Source: Candidatus Hydrogenedentota bacterium
GTDB taxonomy: Bacteria; Hydrogenedentota; Hydrogenedentia; Hydrogenedentales; SLHB01
Direction: 5' to 3'
Length of the DNA stretch: 64,000 nt
Assembly: GCA_963674865.2 (NCBI GenBank)
Contig: CAXXYE010000006.1
Location: 64,001 to 128,000 of the forward strand
The notes under the pieces were generated by a model. That model saw only the letters and a list, made by a program, of their open reading frames with translations, did not search any database and was not told where the DNA came from. The position numbers and the translations under genes are program-made. This document shows, piece by piece, positions 8,797 through 16,095 of this stretch. The first letter of the stretch is position 1, and each line of letters starts with the position of its first letter.

Positions 8797-9638
8797 TGCG
8801 GCGCCAGGTAGCGGAGCAGCCTGCCCAACAATGGCCGCTGCTCGGATCGACTGACGATGCGATCCACAAAGCCGTTGCCGAACTGGTATTCCGCCTTCTG
8901 GAAGCCCTCGGGCAACTGGACCTTGAGGGCGCCCTCAATCAGGCGAGGTCCCGCGAATCCGATGTGCGCCCGAGGTTCCGCAAACACCATATCGCCGAGG
9001 CTTGCGTAGCTCGCATAGACGCCCCCGGTGGTAGGATCCGTCAGGACGCTGATGTAAGGGATTCCCTCCTCGTTCATAGCCCGTACGGCGTCGGCGGTCT
9101 TGGCCATCTGCATCAGGCTCAGGATGCCCTCCTCCATGCGCGCGCCGCCGGAGGCCGCGATCAATACGTAGGGCAACCGCTCACGGATGGCGTCCTCGGC
9201 GGCCAACACGAATTTCTCGCCGACGACGGATCCCATGCTTCCCCCGCGGAAGGCGAAATCCATAACCGCCAGCACGGCCGGCGCCTCCTCGATACGCGCC
9301 GAACCGGTGATGAGGGCCTCCTCAAGCCCGGACTTCTTCTTGGCGGCCTCGATCTTGTCCAGGTAGTGCACGTCGCCCACGGTAAACTCGAGCGGATCGG
9401 CCGTGCCGAGGTCCATATGCGTTTCTTCGAAGGAGCCGGGATCCGCCAGCATCTCAATCCGCTTGCGCGCACTGATCCGGTGATGGTAGTTGCACTTCGG
9501 GCAGACTTGCAGGTTCTCCTCGACTTCGGTACGAAACACGGCCTGCTGGCACCCGGGACACTTCATCCAAAGCCCGTCGGGCACCGCGCTCTTCCGCCCG
9601 ATGACGGAGACGAAACGTCTACGTTTGAAAAAGGCCAT
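8793..9638 (-). CDS. accD: Acetyl-CoA carboxylase carboxyltransferase beta subunit
   Basis: GLWMKCPGC/CPKC Zn finger, GGSMGSVVGEK, SGGARMEEG, PTTGGV. Confidence 0.96.
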   Translation of the reverse strand: MAFFKRRRFVSVIGRKSAVPDGLWMKCPGCQQAVFRTEVEENLQVCPKCNYHHRISARKRIEMLADPGSFEETHMDLGTADPLEFTVGDVHYLDKIEAAKKKSGLEEALITGSARIEEAPAVLAVMDFAFRGGSMGSVVGEKFVLAAEDAIRERLPYVLIAASGGARMEEGILSLMQMAKTADAVRAMNEEGIPYISVLTDPTTGGVYASYASLGDMVFAEPRAHIGFAGPRLIEGALKVQLPEGFQKAEYQFGNGFVDRIVSRSEQRPLLGRLLRYLAPQ

Positions 9639-9646
9639 AGTACCCC

Positions 9647-10441
9647 CTAGTTTACACCCGCGGCGCCGTCCGCCGCATCCTCCGAGGGGAAATTCTCCTC
9701 ATGGTACAACAGGCGGCCGCAGTGACTACAAGCGTGAATCTTCTCGCCGGCAAGCACCTCATTGGCAATTTGCGGCGGCACGTGCATGTGGCACCCGCTG
9801 CAAGCCTCACCATTGAGAGGCACCACGGCCGGCCCGCTCTTCTTGCTCTCGCGAATCCGCTCATAGCGGCCTAGGAGTTCGGGATCGGCCTGGCTCACGA
9901 GCGGGCTGCGCCGCGCCTCGAGCTCTTGACGCTCCTGAACGGCCTCTGCCAACTCCTGATCGATCTCGTCGCACTGCCTGTCGATCTCTTTGAGCTCGGC
10001 GTCGATCCGCTGTTTGTCCTCCTCAAGCTGCGCCCTAACCTCGTCGGCCTCCATCATCACCGCGAGAATCCGCTCTTCTTTCACGCCAATCTGTTTTTTC
10101 AGTAGGTCGATCTCGTGAAGCAGCGCCTGGTATTCCTCATTCTTCTTGATCGAGAACAGCTGCTGATCGTACTTCGCGATGTGGATCCGCTTCTCCTCGA
10201 TCTCCCGCTCGGACTCTCGCTGCTCGAGCGTCAGATTGCGGAGGGCCTCCTCGCGTTCCTGAAGCTCCGCCGCGAGCCGCTCCCGATGGATGGCAAACTT
10301 GCCCTTTTGCTGCGGGAATTCCGCCTCACGCTGCTTGCGCGCCTCAATTTGCAGGTCGAGCGCCTGAAGCCGCAGTAGAGTGTTCAACGAAGCTGTCTCC
10401 TCTTCCAAGTAAAAACCTTCGAGATGCCCGCCGCTCTGCAC
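9647..10441 (-). CDS. Coiled-coil protein with C4-type zinc ribbon (zf-RING_7; CT398/HP0958-like); start uncertain
   Basis: LLRLQALD, KNEEYQALLHEI, CSGCHM...CSHCGRLLY. Confidence 0.88.
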   Translation of the reverse strand: MQSGGHLEGFYLEEETASLNTLLRLQALDLQIEARKQREAEFPQQKGKFAIHRERLAAELQEREEALRNLTLEQRESEREIEEKRIHIAKYDQQLFSIKKNEEYQALLHEIDLLKKQIGVKEERILAVMMEADEVRAQLEEDKQRIDAELKEIDRQCDEIDQELAEAVQERQELEARRSPLVSQADPELLGRYERIRESKKSGPAVVPLNGEACSGCHMHVPPQIANEVLAGEKIHACSHCGRLLYHEENFPSEDAADGAAGVN

Positions 10442-10462
10442 TGAGCCGGCTACGGGCGCGGG

Positions 10463-10496
10463 AAAAAGAACAGGCCGCAGCGTATGCTGCGGCCTG
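10463..10496 (-). terminator. Rho-independent terminator downstream of ilvN
   Basis: 11-bp stem CAGGCCGCAGC/GCTGCGGCCTG followed by TTCTTTTT on the minus strand. Confidence 0.8.
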
Positions 10497-10633
10497 GAAG
10501 ATACGGATCACCGGCCCCAAGTGGGACGCCGGGCGCGGCGCTCGAAGCGCCTCGTACTTAGGCAATCTCACGGGCGATTGCGTACGGCCCGCTTCGCTGC
10601 CCATTCTCGCATCCTGTCTTTTCTCCACCGCAA

Positions 10634-11140
10634 CTACGAATCCTGTGGGTCCGGCCCGGGGCCTTTGGGCGAGCGCGTGATGGCAATACGACCCGTGCGG
10701 GCCAGTTCTCGAATCCCGAAAGGACGAACCATGTCCATAAAAGCGCGGACTTTGCCCCCCGAGCCGGTCACTTCGACAATCATCGAGTCCGCGCCCATGT
10801 CCACCACCTTGGCGCGAAACACAGTGGCTAACTCGATCACCTCTGACCGCCGCGCTTGCGGCGCCGCGATCTTGAGCATAATCAGCTCGCGCTCGACATA
10901 GTCCTCCTGCGTCAGATCGTCCACCTTAATGGTCTCTACGAGCTTGTTCAACTGCTTGATAATCTGCTCGAGGACAAGGTCATCCCCATTCACCACAACC
11001 GTCATCCGCGAGACGCTCGGGTCTTCCGTCTCCCCAACGCATAGACTCTCGATGTTGTACCCGCGAGCGCTGAATAAGCCGGAGATGCGAGCCAATACGC
11101 CGAAGTGGTTCTCAACCAAGACACTGATCGTATGTTTCAT
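10634..11140 (-). CDS. ilvN: Acetolactate synthase small (regulatory) subunit
   Basis: ISVLVENHFGVLARISGLFSARGYNIESL, KQLNKL, ERELIMLK, ELARTG. Confidence 0.95.
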   Translation of the reverse strand: MKHTISVLVENHFGVLARISGLFSARGYNIESLCVGETEDPSVSRMTVVVNGDDLVLEQIIKQLNKLVETIKVDDLTQEDYVERELIMLKIAAPQARRSEVIELATVFRAKVVDMGADSMIVEVTGSGGKVRAFMDMVRPFGIRELARTGRIAITRSPKGPGPDPQDS

Positions 11141-11176
11141 ATTACCTCAAGCGTCCGCCCCGGAACGCTCACCGGG

Positions 11177-11743
11177 TCAGTTGAACTCGTTCATGGCCGC
11201 CGCTACGCCAACCTCAACGAAACGCACGACGGCGTCCACGGCCCGCGATATCATCTCCTCGACAACCGGCAACTCGTCACGGCCGAACTTCCCGAGGACG
11301 TGCCCCGTCAGCTCGCCCGGATCCGCGGCGGCGCCAACGCCCAACCGAAGCCGGGCGAACTCCTCGGTACCGAGATACTGTATCACGGATTTCAAGCCTT
11401 TCTGGCCACCGGCGCTGCCACAGCGGCGAAGGCGCAACCTGCCGACGGGCAGGTGTACATCATCGCTCACAACCAGAAGGTCGCTCAGATCTCTTACCTG
11501 GTAACGCGCGGCGCGCGCCACGCTCTGGCCGCTGTTATTCATATAGGTCTGCGGCTTGAGCAAGAGCAGGTCGTGCTCGCCGCACCGCGCCCGCGCGATA
11601 ACGCCGCGATACTTCTCTGCGGTGAAATCCGCTCCAAGCCGTCCCGCCAAGGCGTCCAAGACGGCGAAACCGACGTTGTGTCGAGTCTTTAAATAGCGTC
11701 GGCCGGGATTGCCCAGCCCCACGATCATCTTCACGCCGCCCAC
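11177..11743 (-). CDS. pth: Peptidyl-tRNA hydrolase
   Basis: VGLGNPG, TRHNVGF, KPQTYMNNSG, RLRLGVG. Confidence 0.95.
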   Translation of the reverse strand: MGGVKMIVGLGNPGRRYLKTRHNVGFAVLDALAGRLGADFTAEKYRGVIARARCGEHDLLLLKPQTYMNNSGQSVARAARYQVRDLSDLLVVSDDVHLPVGRLRLRRCGSAGGQKGLKSVIQYLGTEEFARLRLGVGAAADPGELTGHVLGKFGRDELPVVEEMISRAVDAVVRFVEVGVAAAMNEFN

Positions 11744-11767
11744 CCTACGCGCTGCGCCGCGCCGGGA

Positions 11768-12442
11768 CTAGTCCTCGTCCTCTGCCTTCTTCTCGCCGAT
11801 AACTTCCGGCTCGGCCTGCTCGCCTTCCTCGGCCCCTTCACCTTCTTCGGCGCCTTCCTCAGCGGCTTCCTCCTTCAGGATCCGAGGCGCGTGCACCGCG
11901 GCGATTGTCCGGTCGGAGTCGGTAAGGATGGTGATGCCCTCCGGCAACGTGATCGCGGCCACATGGACACTATCTCCGATAGCCAGATCACTCACGTCAA
12001 CCTTCACCTCGTCCGGCACCTCAAGAGCAAGGCACTCGATCTCGAGTTCCCGAAGCTGATGATCCAGAACGCCGCCCTCAACGACACCCACGCTCTGCCC
12101 AGCGAGAATGACAGGTATGAGGGTGTGAATCCGCTCATCAAGGCGAATCCGCTGAAAATCGGCATGAAGCACGTCGCCGCGGATAGGATGATGCTGCACC
12201 TCTTTCAGCATCGCTGGGCCGCTCATGTCCGTATGCTCGGCCACCTCGAGTTGCACGATGGCGTGTTCACCGCCACGACTGTGCAGCAGATGCTCGAAAA
12301 CCTTAGCGTTGATCTTCAGTTCCGCCGGGTCCTTGCCCAGGCCATAGACCACCGCGGGCACCATACCCGTGCGGCGGACCTTGCGCGCGCCGCCCTTGCC
12401 GTCCACTTCGCGCACGGCGACCTCAAGTACTTGCAGCTCCAT
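11768..12442 (-). CDS. rplY: 50S ribosomal protein L25/general stress protein Ctc
   Basis: VPAVVYG, KEVQHHP, HADFQ, TL5 C-terminal domain, acidic tail. Confidence 0.95.
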   Translation of the reverse strand: MELQVLEVAVREVDGKGGARKVRRTGMVPAVVYGLGKDPAELKINAKVFEHLLHSRGGEHAIVQLEVAEHTDMSGPAMLKEVQHHPIRGDVLHADFQRIRLDERIHTLIPVILAGQSVGVVEGGVLDHQLRELEIECLALEVPDEVKVDVSDLAIGDSVHVAAITLPEGITILTDSDRTIAAVHAPRILKEEAAEEGAEEGEGAEEGEQAEPEVIGEKKAEDED

Positions 12443-12460
12443 GATTAATCCACCTCCAGC

Positions 12461-13417
12461 TCAATTGCGAAACAGGATACTGACCGATTCCTCTTGATGG
12501 ATCCGCCGGATGGCCTCGCCAATCAGAGGCGCCAAGGATAGCGTCTTGATCTTGACGTTTGCGCAGGCCTCCGCATCCGGCTTGAGTGGAATCGTGTCGC
12601 TTACTATCACCTCGTCCAGAACCGAGTTATTAATACGTTCAATGGCTTCCCCGCTGAAAACCGCGTGGGTGGCACAGGCCATGACGTCCACCGCGCCCTG
12701 CTCCTTGATCGCATGAGCGGCGTTAACGAGCGTGCCCGCCGTGTCGATAAGGTCGTCCAGAAGCAGAGCCCGCTTACCTTTCACATCGCCGATGATGTTC
12801 ATCACCTCGGCCGAATTGGCCCTCGGCCGGCGTTTGTCCACGATGGCCAGAGGCGCATCGAGCCGGTTCGCGACTTCACGCGCACGCGCCACGCTGCCGG
12901 TGTCGGGCGAAACAACAATGAGATTGCCGATCTCGCACTCGCGGATGTGCCCCACAAACGCGATATCGCCACTGAGGTGGTCGACGGGGATATCGAAAAA
13001 GCCCTGCAACTGTCCGGAGTGCAGATCCACCGTCAGCACGCGGTCGGCTCCGGCGGCCACGATGAGATTGGCCACCAACTTTGCGGCGATAGGCACACGC
13101 GGCTTGTCTTTTCGATCCTGCCGCGCATAGCCGAAATAGGGAATAACCGCCGTCACGCGATCAGCCGAAGCCCGCTTCGCGGCGTCGATCAGGATAAGCA
13201 GCTCCATGAGGTTATCGTTCACGGGGGGACATGTGCTGTTAACGATAAACACGTCGCTCCCGCGCACATTCTCGCCGATCTGGACACGGACCTCGCCATC
13301 ACTGAACGTACTGACGAGGGCCTTTCCCTGTTCGATTCCCAAGTGCGCGCAGATACCTGCGGTCAAGCCTTGGCAGGCGTTCCCGCAGAACACCTTTACG
13401 CTCTTGCTGTGAGCCAT
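12461..13417 (-). CDS. prs: Ribose-phosphate pyrophosphokinase
   Basis: FSDGE, PYFGYARQDRK, DLHSGQ, VSPDTG, DDLIDTAGTL; start re-called at ATG 13417 downstream of the tRNA. Confidence 0.96.
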   Translation of the reverse strand: MAHSKSVKVFCGNACQGLTAGICAHLGIEQGKALVSTFSDGEVRVQIGENVRGSDVFIVNSTCPPVNDNLMELLILIDAAKRASADRVTAVIPYFGYARQDRKDKPRVPIAAKLVANLIVAAGADRVLTVDLHSGQLQGFFDIPVDHLSGDIAFVGHIRECEIGNLIVVSPDTGSVARAREVANRLDAPLAIVDKRRPRANSAEVMNIIGDVKGKRALLLDDLIDTAGTLVNAAHAIKEQGAVDVMACATHAVFSGEAIERINNSVLDEVIVSDTIPLKPDAEACANVKIKTLSLAPLIGEAIRRIHQEESVSILFRN

Positions 13418-13469
13418 GGTATAAAGTTCCCGTACCTGTTCGTCGCTCAACGCACGGCGATGACAGAAA

Positions 13470-13544
13470 TGGCTGGGGCGGCAGGACTCGAACCTGCGAA
13501 TGCCGGAACCAAAATCCGGTGCCTTACCACTTGGCGACGCCCCA
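13470..13544 (-). tRNA. tRNA-Gln (anticodon TTG)
   Basis: TGGGGCG acceptor stem, CCGGA-TTTTGGT-TCCGG anticodon arm, GGTTCGAGTCC T-arm, encoded CCA; classic position before prs. Confidence 0.97.
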
Positions 13545-13646
13545 AACGCTGCCCGCGTCCTCTCGACAAACCAATGGCGACCCCACGCGCCAAACACACC
13601 TCACGAGGGCCGCTTATCGTGAAAAACCTGGCAGAACAATTAGGGG

Positions 13647-13676
13647 AGTATAGCAACCTTCGGAGGGCCAAGTCAA
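13647..13676 (-). promoter_or_regulatory. Sigma70-type promoter for the tRNA-Gln-prs operon
   Basis: TTGACT-18-TATACT with TGn extended -10. Confidence 0.65.
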
Positions 13677-13754
13677 TCTGAGGCCCAGTCGCATACAATC
13701 CCGAAATCTTTGCTGTCGCAATACTTGCGGCATGGGCCGATGGCGACGCGTCGC

Positions 13755-15095
13755 CTACTCAAGCGTCACCTGAGCATAGGACACGGTATCCGCCGACGTC
13801 TGGCCCAAGAGGTCGATGGTGTCCGCCGGCGCGCACCCGGCGCGCACGGATGCCAGGCAGAACGCCGACATGGGCTTTGTCAGAGGGATGGGAACCAGGG
13901 CGGGCGTCTCGGGCTCGGGGAAGACTTGCACGAGCACGTTGCCTGCGCCCTCGCCCCCGATGTAGACCACGGCGTAAAGAATTCCGTCGGCCGCCTCCTG
14001 AAATCGTGCGCATCCCGGAGTGCGCTCCTCGGTGCCCGCGACGAGCGTTCGCCGCGAGACAACGGCTCCATTCCGGACGACGGCCAGATGGAGACTGCTG
14101 ACGATGGACTTCTCCGGGAAGAACTTGTCCCGCAACAGGGCCGACTGGACCTCCCGTTCGGTATAGAGTATGTACGCGTCCCCCGCCGGACTGAGCCACA
14201 GATCCTGATTGTTGATGTACCCCCCTGTATCGTCCACATTCGCCACTTCCAGCGGCTCGGCGAAGCCCTCGTGTTTCAGGTCAGGCGTCGAGCTGTAGTA
14301 CAGGATGCGAAAGACATAGTCCCACTTGTTCCCCGTTTGCTCGAATTTGTAAGTGCGCCACGCCTCAACGGGCTCAACAACGTCCGAGATGGCCAGCACG
14401 TGAACCGCCCCACCTCTAAGCGCTACCTGCGGGTAGCACGCCCGAACCGGGAATGTGATTGAGCCCGTCGCCAGCGTCTCCCCGGCCGTCGAGAGCAGAC
14501 AGGCATGCTGCACACTCGTTTTCGCGTCGATATTGAGCATCAGGAGCTGCCCGGCCGCTTGATCCGCCCCAAAACCCCGGTAGGAGTGGTCGGTGAAGTA
14601 CGGCTCGCCCCGCCAGGACGGCATCAGCGTGCGCCGCACGACCTCCCCCGACGAAAGCGAGAAGCCGGTCAAGTGCGGCTTGCACGGCCCGTAGCGCGTG
14701 CCCGGCGGCTGCGTTGAATCATTCGCATAGAGGAAAAAGTCGCCCGAAGCGATCGCCACGGGACACGGCTCCCGCTGGCGGTAGGCATCGGCCTCGGCTA
14801 CAAGCGACCAGCCTTCCGCACCTCGTAGAAGCAATCGCCAGCGCGTATTGCACAAGAGAGGCACACCCTCACCCGTCTCCATCTGGCTCACAATAACGTC
14901 GTCGCCAAGCCGGACAATCTGCGTGCAGCCATAGCACCAGAACGGCCCGGAGCCATTGTCCGGGCTCACAAGGGTGTAAACGTCCTCCTCCGCATTAACG
15001 GCCAGCTTCAGCGTGCCGGAATCCTCCCCGAACGCGTCGACCGCTACCGACGCCAACAACGTGAGCACGGCCGCACCTGCCATCAGATAACGCAT
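13755..15095 (-). CDS. Secreted hypothetical protein (beta-rich, possibly BNR/propeller-like)
   Basis: Signal peptide MRYLMAGAAVLTLLASVAVDA; 446-aa ORF with RBS. Confidence 0.65.
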   Translation of the reverse strand: MRYLMAGAAVLTLLASVAVDAFGEDSGTLKLAVNAEEDVYTLVSPDNGSGPFWCYGCTQIVRLGDDVIVSQMETGEGVPLLCNTRWRLLLRGAEGWSLVAEADAYRQREPCPVAIASGDFFLYANDSTQPPGTRYGPCKPHLTGFSLSSGEVVRRTLMPSWRGEPYFTDHSYRGFGADQAAGQLLMLNIDAKTSVQHACLLSTAGETLATGSITFPVRACYPQVALRGGAVHVLAISDVVEPVEAWRTYKFEQTGNKWDYVFRILYYSSTPDLKHEGFAEPLEVANVDDTGGYINNQDLWLSPAGDAYILYTEREVQSALLRDKFFPEKSIVSSLHLAVVRNGAVVSRRTLVAGTEERTPGCARFQEAADGILYAVVYIGGEGAGNVLVQVFPEPETPALVPIPLTKPMSAFCLASVRAGCAPADTIDLLGQTSADTVSYAQVTLE

Positions 15096-15145
15096 TTGTC
15101 CCGCTCCCAGTGTAATCCTCGCGCCTCAAAAACACGGGGTGCCTC

Positions 15146-15991
15146 TCACTGTGGACGACGTCCGCCGGCCACGTCAAGCTCCAGAAGCCGCCGTGCGTTG
15201 CCCCCGGCAATGGCCTCGCGCATGGCCTCGGGAATCTCCACCGTCCGCATCCACGTCACCTGAGGATGCGGGTCGCCAACGCCCACGATATCGCTGCCCC
15301 ACAGGAGTTTCCGCCAGTGACGCTCCAGAAAGCCCTGCGTGAATTCCGGATCCCGCGTCATCGCGTTGTAGCCCGATCCGGCCGAGAGGTCCGCATAGAG
15401 GTTATCGTATTCCGCCATGAGGCGATCCACGGCGCCGCCCGGTTTGACCCGCCCCGTGGGATACCCTTCCCGCGGATCGTCCGCCGAGATGGCCGACCAG
15501 AACGCCGGCCCGTGCCCGACAAACATCACGTCCGGGAACTCTCGTAGGCAGGACGCGAGGCGGGGAAGTCCCGGCTCGTCATGGCACAGGCCCGCATTGA
15601 TCTCGAAGACCAGCGGAAGTCTGTGCTCATTGCACTTCGCATAGATGACCTTGTTGAGAGGATCGTCGAAAGCAAGGCCGTTTACATGCTCCCCAAACCC
15701 CCGGCAGCCATGCTTCTCCACGAAGTAGTCGATATGCTCCGCCGCGCGCGGATAGCGCGGATCAACACACAGAAAAGCGATGAGCCGCTCCGGATACGTG
15801 TTCCGCGCCGCCACGGCCTCCTCGTTCAAGAAATAGCCCCAGGCCCCCTCCGGACTCTCCAGTGGGAGAAGCACCCCCACCTCGATGCCTACGCGATCCA
15901 TCCAGTCAACCAATTGGCGTACGGTTAACGGCGGCCGGGCCGGATACGCCTCCCGAAACAGGTTTCCCATATGAACGTGGAAGTCAATCAT
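15146..15991 (-). CDS. Amidohydrolase_2 family metallo-hydrolase
   Basis: MIDFHVH, GFGE, FVGHG, NLYADLSAGSG, LLWGSD, GNARRLL. Confidence 0.88.
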   Translation of the reverse strand: MIDFHVHMGNLFREAYPARPPLTVRQLVDWMDRVGIEVGVLLPLESPEGAWGYFLNEEAVAARNTYPERLIAFLCVDPRYPRAAEHIDYFVEKHGCRGFGEHVNGLAFDDPLNKVIYAKCNEHRLPLVFEINAGLCHDEPGLPRLASCLREFPDVMFVGHGPAFWSAISADDPREGYPTGRVKPGGAVDRLMAEYDNLYADLSAGSGYNAMTRDPEFTQGFLERHWRKLLWGSDIVGVGDPHPQVTWMRTVEIPEAMREAIAGGNARRLLELDVAGGRRPQ

Positions 15992-16095
15992 GACGCAGAG
16001 CACCTCTTTGCCAGGCCAAGACGCGGATTCCTCTTCTACCCTCTTGGTATTGCGTGGCATCTTTAGTATAGACGACGTCGTCAAGGAGCACTCAA

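Noticed and set aside
13418..13597. N-terminal extension of Prs in the ORF track
   Set aside because: It runs through tRNA-Gln; the real start is ATG 13417.
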